The position numbers and the translations under genes were made by a program. From IMG/VR virus record IMGVR_UViG_3300014050_000004, positions 54,466 to 118,465 of that record: a stretch of 64,000 nt of DNA. The stretch is one strand, 5' to 3'. Positions 45,105-53,214 of this stretch are shown piece by piece. Under the pieces are notes generated by a model. The model was not told where the DNA came from. It was given only the letters and a program-made list of their open reading frames with translations, and did not search any database. Positions within the stretch are counted from its first letter, which is position 1; every line of letters starts with the position of its first letter. This DNA is from a virus.

Positions 45105-45512
45105 GTGAAGGTACTTTTTATATGCACTGGTTGCATTAATCGAAGCGCGACAGCCCACGTTATTCTTGCCACCCTTGGCAAAGACAAGCATGAAGTTCAA
45201 AGTTGCGGAACAGGCAAAGTTGCACCCTTAGGGTGCCGCATACCCCGGAAGATGAGGGATGTCTTGACAGAAATGGGATACGACCCCGCTCATCACAGAT
45301 CCCAGGGCATCAATTTGGAACTTTTGTCTTGGGCAGACAAAATTATCTGCATGGGGAATGTCCATGAGAAGTTCATTAAGAAACACTTTCCTGAGATGCA
45401 CAATAAAGTTGAAAATTGGAGGATCAAGGATCCACACTTTGCCAAGGGAGATGCGTTGCATAGGACGGTCGCTAAAGAAATTGAGCAGTGCGTGAAGACT
45501 CAATTTCTCTGA
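45105..45512 (+). CDS. Low-molecular-weight protein phosphatase (LMW-PTP/ArsC fold)
   Basis: VLFICTGCINRS (CX5RS), SCGT, HRSQ, IICM, IKDP. GTG 45105 or ATG 45078 start. Confidence 0.85.
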   Translation: MKVLFICTGCINRSATAHVILATLGKDKHEVQSCGTGKVAPLGCRIPRKMRDVLTEMGYDPAHHRSQGINLELLSWADKIICMGNVHEKFIKKHFPEMHNKVENWRIKDPHFAKGDALHRTVAKEIEQCVKTQFL

Positions 45513-46428
45513 TGGCTGCTACAGTTTCCTCTGAAGAGCAGGTATCTATGTCTACTAACTCCCTCAGTTTACAGATTCGTTCCTCCACAACTTTTCTGCT
45601 GTTTTTGTCAAAGTTGGTGTAGGAGTACCCTTTTTCCATGGAGTCGTTGTAAGGAGCGAAGGGAGGAAAGTCACAGTCACTCGAGGACAAGAGTTCCGAA
45701 ACCGGAGCATTTTCGAGTGCCATCGGGATGAAGTTTTTGACCCAAATGAAGCAAGATAGGAGCTTCCGGGGGGATCGAGTGCAAGTGAAATGTCGAAACT
45801 CTATGGTATCAGTTTCTTTTATTTGAAGCAGGTTAATGCCGGCCCTGGTTGTTAATCCCCACGCAGGCTCACCTGATTGGGAAGTTGGAGCATGGGCTGC
45901 CAGGAATTCTTGGACTGTTTCCGCTTTGAGGGCTGCTTGAACCCTGTTCTTAGGCACTTTGTATTGATGTGAAACCTTCCTTCGATTGAACCGTTTACGA
46001 GCCCCTCTCAGCTCCTCGGGGGAAAAGTCTCCTAGGCTTGGTACGGGGATTGGTTCAATAACCTCGTAGATTTCACTCTGGTGAGTGTCAATGTATTTTA
46101 GCAACCTTTTCAAAGATGCAAGGTCTTCGCTCAACCCTGGCACTCTTACATGCAAGTGGAGGTTTGTTCTGTGATTTACAGAAGCTTCAGGATGCATAAC
46201 CAGCAGCTTTTCAAACATGAGGATTTGTTCCTCAAGAGATTCCGAGGGTCTAGAGTTTATCTCTCCTCCCCTCTTATAAATCAAACCCTTAGGATCATTG
46301 GCTATTCCGGTACTTGAGACAACAGAGTAGTCTTTTCTGTTCCAAGTCAGACCGTCTGGCAAATCTGTTAGCCACACATCTCCAAACTCGTACTCTGCTC
46401 CAAAGGTTGAGTGTTCAAAATTCAGCAA
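45472..46428 (-). CDS. Amidoligase (glutamine-synthetase-like COOH-NH2 ligase, Amidoligase_2-like)
   Basis: TFGAEYEF, GGEINSRP, RTNLHLHV, RAGINL, TIEFRHF. Confidence 0.8.
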   Translation of the reverse strand: MLNFEHSTFGAEYEFGDVWLTDLPDGLTWNRKDYSVVSSTGIANDPKGLIYKRGGEINSRPSESLEEQILMFEKLLVMHPEASVNHRTNLHLHVRVPGLSEDLASLKRLLKYIDTHQSEIYEVIEPIPVPSLGDFSPEELRGARKRFNRRKVSHQYKVPKNRVQAALKAETVQEFLAAHAPTSQSGEPAWGLTTRAGINLLQIKETDTIEFRHFTCTRSPRKLLSCFIWVKNFIPMALENAPVSELLSSSDCDFPPFAPYNDSMEKGYSYTNFDKNSRKVVEERICKLRELVDIDTCSSEETVAAIREIESSRTAQFL

Positions 46429-47084
46429 GGTATCAGCTCCTTAATTTGGGTTAGAATTACTTCAGAGTCTTCGCTATAAATCACACCTGGTACACATCTC
46501 TCAGGGTTCCCTAAGCCTGATCGTATAGCTATGTCTTTGGTTGAGGTTAGAAAGAACCCATTCTTGACATTGACTTTCCATAGCGGCCTCTTACCGTTTC
46601 TGTAGAATCTGATTGAACCGTTCTTCCTAAGCTCCAGGACAGCTATAGAAGAATCCTTGAATTTCATCATTGGTTCTTCCCCAGCCTCCAAAGCTCTGAG
46701 TATGAGCTCGGAATCATTCTTCCCCGTTAAAGGGTAGCCATACTTAGACCAAGAGTCTGGCGAGTTTTGGTCAACTACACCGTTATGGACTATAGAGATC
46801 TTCTCTCCAAACAGAGGTTGGTTGTACTGCAAGTCAGAGGTTGAGTAGCGGCAATGGCCAATCAAGGATAAGGATTGCCCAGAAACACAGCTTTCAAGGT
46901 CGAAATCTGAAAGAAAAGTCTCAGCACTCTCTGGCTTTTTAATTGTTGTTATGGCATTGTCCTTGAAGAAGGAAACACCGAATGCATGTTTACCTCTTAT
47001 TTGTGACTCAAGCGCAATCCTCCTAAGGATTATCAGATCTTGTTCAGAGGTTTCCTCAAGTTGACAGCCGAAGATGGCACACAT
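46422..47084 (-). CDS. Class II glutamine amidotransferase (Ntn hydrolase)
   Basis: Start moved to MCAIFG (N-terminal Cys nucleophile); RGKHAFG, GHCRYST, YNQP, HNGVV, DSE. Confidence 0.88.
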   Translation of the reverse strand: MCAIFGCQLEETSEQDLIILRRIALESQIRGKHAFGVSFFKDNAITTIKKPESAETFLSDFDLESCVSGQSLSLIGHCRYSTSDLQYNQPLFGEKISIVHNGVVDQNSPDSWSKYGYPLTGKNDSELILRALEAGEEPMMKFKDSSIAVLELRKNGSIRFYRNGKRPLWKVNVKNGFFLTSTKDIAIRSGLGNPERCVPGVIYSEDSEVILTQIKELIPC

Positions 47085-47132
47085 ATTGTAATGAGGGTGT
47101 TGGTTGGTTCGTTCATTCAAAACTCTGGAACT

Positions 47133-47160
47133 ATTATAGCCCGGAGAGTGGGCGGGTAAC
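47133..47160 (-). promoter_or_regulatory. sigma70-type promoter candidate
   Basis: GTTACC-N16-TATAAT upstream of the GATase ATG. Confidence 0.45.
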
Positions 47161-47163
47161 CCA

Positions 47164-47454
47164 CTACCAACTGATGTCCAAGATTTGAGAGCCCATAACA
47201 TTATCCAAGGTAACTACCGTGTAACCTTTCTCTTCTAAGATGTGGGATATGCCGTTGCTGTAATGAGAGCCAAGGTTTCTTGGCATTGTAAAGATCAACC
47301 TGTTTTTGCAAGCCGAAGTGCAATTCAAAACTTCTTGGAATATCACCTTGAGAAGTCTTCTGGCCTCGAAAGAACCTCCAAATGTGTCTCGAGCTTTGAT
47401 AGTAAGTCTTCTGGCTTCCTGTACACTTATCTCGTTTTCCATCGGCCTTGTCAC
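47164..47454 (-). CDS. Hypothetical protein
   Basis: Overlap with the ATP-grasp stop. Confidence 0.6.
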   Translation of the reverse strand: MTRPMENEISVQEARRLTIKARDTFGGSFEARRLLKVIFQEVLNCTSACKNRLIFTMPRNLGSHYSNGISHILEEKGYTVVTLDNVMGSQILDISW

Positions 47455-48194
47455 ACTAAGTTACAAAATAAAATCTGATACCATCTGCTTACAAGCATCT
47501 CTGAGTATTCCAGGCTTGTTGGCGGATTAGATTGACTGTCGGTATTGTTGTAGAACCCGAGAGACCAAGCATCGTTGAGTTCAATTAGAGAGTACTTTTG
47601 AATGTCGGGCCTCCAACCGATGTCAATCGAATAGGCATTGGGTCCCAGCTCTTGATGGAAAGCGTTGGCGATTCTTGCAATCATCTCGAAATCAGGGTCT
47701 GGATTTGTCACCTCCAGATCGTCGTACCTGGACCACCCTAAAACCTTAGGCTCCTGAATAGTGTCTTGTATGTAAAATCGAAACTCAGACTCAAACTTTG
47801 TTGGTTCCGATATCCACACTCTTGTGCTTGGGTCTATGCTCTTGACAAGGTCCTTTTTGAGCGAACCTGTGAACAGTTTAACTGTGTCTCGGGGTTTGAC
47901 AAATTCCTCTTCGGAGGCTTCTGCTAAAACACCCTGCCGAATGTTTCGGCTTAGGTAAGGCTCTACAAAATCAGGAAATCCTAACGGTTCTGGAAGTTCT
48001 AGACCGAAAACTCTGCAGTATTCTCTCACAAACTCTACTGTTCCCACGGGAGTGGTAGAGCACTTGTATTTGTTCACATCGAGATTTGGCAAGCTCTCCA
48101 AAGGCAGAGACAGGGTTTGGTAAGGAGAGAGAACGCAAGCAATTTTTTCGGACCCCGAAAAGTTGCCACTTTGAAGTAGAAATTTGTCAATCAT
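47451..48194 (-). CDS. ATP-grasp protein (DUF4343/R2K-like)
   Basis: PVGTVEFV...FVKPRDTVKLFTG...SEFRFYI...AYSIDIG...LIELNDAWSLGFY. Confidence 0.8.
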   Translation of the reverse strand: MIDKFLLQSGNFSGSEKIACVLSPYQTLSLPLESLPNLDVNKYKCSTTPVGTVEFVREYCRVFGLELPEPLGFPDFVEPYLSRNIRQGVLAEASEEEFVKPRDTVKLFTGSLKKDLVKSIDPSTRVWISEPTKFESEFRFYIQDTIQEPKVLGWSRYDDLEVTNPDPDFEMIARIANAFHQELGPNAYSIDIGWRPDIQKYSLIELNDAWSLGFYNNTDSQSNPPTSLEYSEMLVSRWYQILFCNLV

Positions 48195-49623
48195 ACAGCA
48201 CCCATTCCGGCGATGGAGCGAACTTGTGAAGCTTCACTTCTCCTGTGACAGTGTTTTTGTAAGGAGAGGAAAGTTGCCAGTTCGAGTTTGAACACCGGGT
48301 CAGTCCCCTCTCAGCTTTGAAAGCCTTCCACTCATCAGATAGCCACATCTGAGGCCAAACCCCTCTCCAATCCGAGTGCTCCTTTCCCTTTTCTCTTAGA
48401 TTTTGAGAGGAGTGTCTGATGAAGTCTCGACGACAAGTTTCGCATTCCAGGTCATCGAGGTATACCATGTTTTCCCTGGAGTAGAAAACCATCGAAACCC
48501 TTTCAGCATCCTCAGAGTCTTTGACCATTGGGGTGTTCCCATGAATCAAATTCTGGGTGTCCGCAATGATGAAGTCCCCGTCTCTCACGTCAAAGGCGAG
48601 TTTCAACTCAGGAAATACTAAGTAGTGCCCTGTGTAGGAACCTTGAGAGATGACTGTGAGAACAGCCATGGCCTCTTTGAGGTTGTTTTTGTCTACGTGG
48701 TAAGCGGTTTGAAAGTTGAAATTGAGGGTTATGCTTGTGAAAGCTGTGTCAAATAAGCTATATAAGGGTTCCTTGACTTTGCTAATTACTGATCGTACCT
48801 TGCTCCAGGTCTCAGGAAACAAGCTCTTAAACCCTTGGTCAACTGCAATGTAAACGCTCTTAAACTTTTCGAAATCTTCAAAGTTTCTTTGAGTCGTCCC
48901 GCTCAATCTCCCATAGGGAAACCTTGCTCCCCTGTCTATAGCTCCAAGCACATTGCTGTAACAATGATTGAAGTTCAGCTGAGAGCTGATGAAATTTGAG
49001 TGAACTTTGCTGGCTTCTTCTTTTTTGCTGAGGGATTTGGACCAGACTTCTTCCAGCCAAGGTTCAAACCAACTCCACAAAACAGTTCTTTTTTCTTCCT
49101 CCCCAACAAAAGCACCACTCTTGGCTCTCTTGTCTATCTCTGCCAAAGCATTCTTGATATGGGGAAATTCTTTTTTGATGTGCTTGGACTTAAGGGTTTT
49201 CACAGTCAGCTCATCAGAGCTGGACAAAACTTGCCTTGCACTTTCAAGGTTAGAGATTGACCCTGAGATCGCTCCTTTGAAGAAATCCACTTGACCGCGA
49301 GTGAGCCTGGCTTCTCGGCGAGTGGTGAGCTCAGTACCTGCAACGACCCCTCTCTGGGTCCCATAAACCTCACGGGAAGCCCTCCTAAAGAAGGGCCAGG
49401 CTTCCCCCGAAGAGCCCTCTGAGAGGGCTGGTATGAGGCTCCTACGGAACGATAGGACCTTGGCCTCAGCCACATAGACGTCGCAATCGTCATTGATCAC
49501 TCTGTCAAAGTCCCCCTCTTGAGGGAATTTGCCGATGTAGAGGCTTCTGGGACAATCGTGGAGAGAGTCCAGTTTTACAACTTCAGGACTCTCCCTACTC
49601 ATAAGGTCTTCAGAAACCGTCAT
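48187..49623 (-). CDS. TET/JBP-like 2OG-Fe(II) dioxygenase, copy 2
   Basis: FTSITLNFNFQTAYHVD (HxD), LVFPEL...VRDGDF, HGNTP, RVSMVFYSRE; start moved to the ATGA overlap at 49623. Confidence 0.85.
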   Translation of the reverse strand: MTVSEDLMSRESPEVVKLDSLHDCPRSLYIGKFPQEGDFDRVINDDCDVYVAEAKVLSFRRSLIPALSEGSSGEAWPFFRRASREVYGTQRGVVAGTELTTRREARLTRGQVDFFKGAISGSISNLESARQVLSSSDELTVKTLKSKHIKKEFPHIKNALAEIDKRAKSGAFVGEEEKRTVLWSWFEPWLEEVWSKSLSKKEEASKVHSNFISSQLNFNHCYSNVLGAIDRGARFPYGRLSGTTQRNFEDFEKFKSVYIAVDQGFKSLFPETWSKVRSVISKVKEPLYSLFDTAFTSITLNFNFQTAYHVDKNNLKEAMAVLTVISQGSYTGHYLVFPELKLAFDVRDGDFIIADTQNLIHGNTPMVKDSEDAERVSMVFYSRENMVYLDDLECETCRRDFIRHSSQNLREKGKEHSDWRGVWPQMWLSDEWKAFKAERGLTRCSNSNWQLSSPYKNTVTGEVKLHKFAPSPEWVLYD

Positions 49624-51110
49624 TTGGTGCTTTCCTCCCACACCTCCAAGTGCTCCCAGTCTTCCCCAGGTGAGTGAGTTGATAGCTTAACCTCTCCTGA
49701 GGTTTTGTTTCGGAAAGGTTTGGTACCCCAGTAGTTACCGTTGCCGCAGTGGGTCATTCCTTTTTGTTCGCGATAGTCAAGCCATTCCTGGGAGGTCCAT
49801 TGGCCACTCCACACTCCGTTCCAAGTGCTATGGCCAGTGCCCTTTTCTTGCAGGTTTTTACCACAGTATTGCATAAAGTCTTTCCTGCACTCTTCGCAGT
49901 CCAAACCTTCAAGCAGAGTCATTCTCTCTCGAGAATAGAAAACCAGGGACACTCTTTCAGCATCAGGGGATTTGGGCTTCATTGCCGTATTGCCATGGAT
50001 CAACCCTTGATTGTCTCCGGCCAGGAAATCCCCGTCTCGAAGATCAAAAGCGCACCTTAGCTCAGGGAACACGAGGTAATGTCCCTCATAGTCTCCTTGC
50101 GTCATTGCTGAAAGAACAGCCACGCCACCCTCGCAATTATTAGCGTCATAGTGCATTGCGCACCGGAAGTTCCAATTAAGTGTCAGAGCTGTGAATACGG
50201 TCCCAAACAAGTTGTAGTGTGGATCTTGCACTTTTGAGAACTTCTCATGAAGTACAGTCCACCTATCACCCAAAGTTTCCAGCAAAACATCGGAAGCAGT
50301 TTGATACACATCTCTGTGTCTCACAAACTCTTCATAGTTTTTCAAAGTTGTGCCTGTGAGCCTACCATAAGGGTTTCTAGCTCCCCTGTCAAAAGCACCG
50401 AGAACATTGCTGTAACACTTGTTGGATCGCAGTTGTTTGCTGATGTACCTGTTGTCGGCCCACTTAGCCTCCTTAACCCTGTCCTCAGCAGAGTCCCATT
50501 TCTCTTTCAGCCAAAGCTCAAACCACTCTCCAAGAATCTTTCCTTTCTCTTTCTTCAGCTCTTCTTTTCTGTCCTCGGGGGTCTTCTTCTTGCGGATTTC
50601 AGCCTCAAGGGGTGCGAGCCTTTCTGAGATGCTCGGGAAGTCTTTCTTAATTTCGGTGACACGGATGATGTATTTGCTCGGGTCAGGGGACATCCCAACG
50701 ATATCCATGGCTTCTTCCACAGAGGAAACATTGTCGGCAAAAGCCTTTTTGAAGAAGTTAAGAATGCCGTTTGACACTCGGCCTTCGAGATCTGTGGTCA
50801 ATTCTTTGCCCGCTACGAGACCCCTTTGGTCCGAGTAAAGGTCTCTTGATGCCCAACGCAGATACTCCCAAGTTTTGGGATCTCCCTTTGCACCTTCCTT
50901 GAGTTTAGGGAAAACGGACTTCCGGAAGGCTAGAACCTTCACCCCTGCAACATAGACGTCACAGTCTTCTTGTACAAGAGTGTCGTAATGGGTTTCATCC
51001 GCAAAGTACCCGATCAATTCCTTCGGGTCGCAGGGGTACAGAGCGTCAAGCTCAATTCTCTTAGCTTGAGGTCTGGACCTGAGCTCTTCAATTACTTGTG
51101 TTTGTGTCAT
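49620..51110 (-). CDS. TET/JBP-like 2OG-Fe(II) dioxygenase, copy 1
   Basis: QRGLVAG, FTALTLNWNFRCAMHYD (HxD), LVFPELRCAFDLRDGDF, HGNTA, RVSLVFYSRE. Confidence 0.87.
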   Translation of the reverse strand: MTQTQVIEELRSRPQAKRIELDALYPCDPKELIGYFADETHYDTLVQEDCDVYVAGVKVLAFRKSVFPKLKEGAKGDPKTWEYLRWASRDLYSDQRGLVAGKELTTDLEGRVSNGILNFFKKAFADNVSSVEEAMDIVGMSPDPSKYIIRVTEIKKDFPSISERLAPLEAEIRKKKTPEDRKEELKKEKGKILGEWFELWLKEKWDSAEDRVKEAKWADNRYISKQLRSNKCYSNVLGAFDRGARNPYGRLTGTTLKNYEEFVRHRDVYQTASDVLLETLGDRWTVLHEKFSKVQDPHYNLFGTVFTALTLNWNFRCAMHYDANNCEGGVAVLSAMTQGDYEGHYLVFPELRCAFDLRDGDFLAGDNQGLIHGNTAMKPKSPDAERVSLVFYSRERMTLLEGLDCEECRKDFMQYCGKNLQEKGTGHSTWNGVWSGQWTSQEWLDYREQKGMTHCGNGNYWGTKPFRNKTSGEVKLSTHSPGEDWEHLEVWEESTK

Positions 51111-51191
51111 TGGGTGTAATTTTATTCTGGCCTTTGAGGTGCAGGGGGGTCAGATGTATTATCTTAGCCTCCGGTTTGTGGCTGTAAACAC

Positions 51192-51217
51192 AAAAAAGGA
51201 GCCGGTTGACCGACTCC
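51192..51217 (-). terminator. Intrinsic terminator after the sprT-like gene
   Basis: GGAGTCGG-TCAA-CCGGCTCC-TTTTTT. TTTACA-N16-TAAGAT follows and may be the promoter of the dioxygenase operon. Confidence 0.8.
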
Positions 51218-51245
51218 TTGCGCTCCAGCGTCGTCTCTGAATCTG

Positions 51246-51857
51246 CTAGTATACCAGGGTGTTACTGTTGTAAAATACCGTTTCGGCAATTTTTTTCGCA
51301 ATCAGCGCGAAGTCAAGATCCTCAAAACAATCAATGTTGCCGTTGACGGTGTCAGAGTGGATGTAGGGCTTTTGGCACTCAATCTCTTTGTCATAGAAAA
51401 GTACTCGGAAGGAATAACCTTTGTCCTTACAATGGGTGTTGATCCGAACAGATTCTCGAATGAAGGAATCTCCGTGGCCCTTCATGCCACGATCTTCACC
51501 AACTAGGTCAAGATAAGCGTGGAGCATCTCATGGAGCAGAGTGCTCTTTGTGAGAGCAAGGTCCTTTGCAATCTTACGAGAAAGGCGGATGATTCCGCAC
51601 CCCGCTTTGGTGGATCGCTTGGTAGTGTAAGTGCCCAGGGTTCTCAACCCCATCCTACCATCCCACTTCACACGGTCAAATGACACGTGCTCTTCGCCAC
51701 TCCGCGTCTTTTTGATAATCTTCTTGAGTTCAGGCAGTTTCCCGTAGAAAAACTCATTGTTGTAAGTGGAGTAAAGCTCCCCAAGATCATACATGACCTC
51801 AGGGTTCGGGCAGAAGGTCCGGAAGAAGCTTTCTGAGAGAGTGGTAGAGAGTTCCAT
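51246..51857 (-). CDS. SprT-like zinc metalloprotease
   Basis: ELYSTYNNEFFYGKLP...IRLS...TLLHEMLHAY...GHGDSF; start moved to MELS. Confidence 0.85.
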   Translation of the reverse strand: MELSTTLSESFFRTFCPNPEVMYDLGELYSTYNNEFFYGKLPELKKIIKKTRSGEEHVSFDRVKWDGRMGLRTLGTYTTKRSTKAGCGIIRLSRKIAKDLALTKSTLLHEMLHAYLDLVGEDRGMKGHGDSFIRESVRINTHCKDKGYSFRVLFYDKEIECQKPYIHSDTVNGNIDCFEDLDFALIAKKIAETVFYNSNTLVY

Positions 51858-51863
51858 ACTATT

Positions 51864-51906
51864 ATCATACTCCACTTGGGCAAGGAAGTAAAGGTCGGGT
51901 AACCGA
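51864..51906 (-). promoter_or_regulatory. Palindrome-linked sigma70-type promoter, leaderless
   Basis: TCGGTTACCCGA-C-CTTTAC-N18-TATGAT-N6-ATG. Confidence 0.78.
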
Positions 51907-51909
51907 ACC

Positions 51910-52200
51910 TCACCTCTTTGCTTTGGAAGCCTCGTATACGCGGATCATCTCGTAAAGACCCTTCTTGAGCTTGGGGTCGGCTGTTTTGTTGTAGGCTTCC
52001 TTCACTTTTGCGAAAGCTTCCTCTTTCGTTGGAATCACCAAATCTTTCTTGTTTAGGGTTTGTTTGGAAATCTCAAGGTACTTGGCCTTCCCTTGGACTT
52101 TAGGTTTGCCGAAGTTGCCCGTGTGGCGACCAGTGGTCCTCAGACCATGGCCATCAGGTTGTTTACTCATCCCAATTAATCTCCATCGAGTGTTCTTCAA
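51910..52200 (-). CDS. Basic hypothetical protein
   Basis: Lys/Arg-rich ORF on the coding strand. Confidence 0.6.
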   Translation of the reverse strand: MKNTRWRLIGMSKQPDGHGLRTTGRHTGNFGKPKVQGKAKYLEISKQTLNKKDLVIPTKEEAFAKVKEAYNKTADPKLKKGLYEMIRVYEASKAKR

Positions 52201-52417
52201 TCAGGTACAACCTGAACGGGCACGAATTGCGACTCTCATTGACAAAATTCGCATAGTATTCGATAGCTTCTTCCCTTGTGGGGAAAGACATGTAGCCCAA
52301 GACATGGTTTTCTCCGTGTTCATCCTGCGGAGTTCTCAGATGGCCTTCATCAGAGATTTCCATCCATCTGTATCTCAAAGTTAGTTGATACATGGTAATT
52401 GCAGAGCTCTGTGTCAA
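52163..52417 (-). CDS. Hypothetical protein
   Basis: ATGA overlap with the upstream gene. Confidence 0.55.
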   Translation of the reverse strand: MTQSSAITMYQLTLRYRWMEISDEGHLRTPQDEHGENHVLGYMSFPTREEAIEYYANFVNESRNSCPFRLYLIEEHSMEINWDE

Positions 52418-52854
52418 TAGGGGCAGAATTCTTCAGTGGTGAAGCCCTCGCGAGTAGCCACAACTCTGTTGCTTTCGCCAAACATGTTTTCCAAGAATGT
52501 GGCAGATTGGTTGGATGTCAGGAACTTTTCAATACACGCTCCGCCTACAATTTTTTCCGATCGAGAATAAAAGACTTCGCAGCCTTCGGGAAATTCCTCT
52601 TCATCAAAAGACTCCATCACTTCCATCACGTTTGAGGGGTCTTCAAAAGAGACGAAACATGGATATCCCACAGAGAAAACACACGGGTCTCCGTCATTGA
52701 ATGTAGGTGTTGACTGAGTCCAGCTAACAGCCGCGATTTTCGGATTCTCCCTCCAAAATTCCTGAAAAACCTCGTTCAAAATTCTTGAAAAGTAGTTCTC
52801 CAAGACAGACATAGCTTGGTTATAAGAGGTCAAAAAAGCTTCAACTTTTTCCAT
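52414..52854 (-). CDS. Hypothetical protein, paralog of 53211-53684
   Basis: FQEFWRENPKIAAVSWTQSTPTFNDGDPCVFSV...MFGESNRVVATREGF. Confidence 0.75.
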   Translation of the reverse strand: MEKVEAFLTSYNQAMSVLENYFSRILNEVFQEFWRENPKIAAVSWTQSTPTFNDGDPCVFSVGYPCFVSFEDPSNVMEVMESFDEEEFPEGCEVFYSRSEKIVGGACIEKFLTSNQSATFLENMFGESNRVVATREGFTTEEFCPY

Positions 52855-53214
52855 TTAATCAGATAGGGGGATGAATTTAGATTTTTTGCCGTGCTTCAAA
52901 GTACCCGACATCCAGGGTTGGAGAGCCATGTTGTTGAGGTATCTCTCTACTGTGGGTATGAAACCAAGGTCTTGAATGATGTGGTCTTCAGCCACGTCCC
53001 TTGGGGAGTACGTTTTTCCGTCGGAGTTTGTGCGAGTTCTTCCGAAAACTTTTTCAACAAGGAAACAACCAAAGGAATTGTGAAGCAAGGCTCTGTGTCT
53101 CATGTCCGGCACAGACACCTTTGACGAATCGATGAAATCATCTATGTCGGAGTAATCCTCGGGGACACCTCCGTACTTTCTGGCATGCTTAATTCCGTGC
53201 AAATATGGTTTCAT
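52855..53214 (-). CDS. DUF6915-like His-rich protein
   Basis: MKPYLHGIKHARKYGG...DFIDSSK...RHRALLHNSFG...VAEDHIIQDLGFIPT. Confidence 0.7.
   Translation of the reverse strand: MKPYLHGIKHARKYGGVPEDYSDIDDFIDSSKVSVPDMRHRALLHNSFGCFLVEKVFGRTRTNSDGKTYSPRDVAEDHIIQDLGFIPTVERYLNNMALQPWMSGTLKHGKKSKFIPLSD

Noticed and set aside
45105-45512. Arsenate reductase ArsC call
   Set aside because: No ars genes nearby and the downstream redox Cys pair of Trx-coupled ArsC is not evident; kept as a generic LMW-PTP fold
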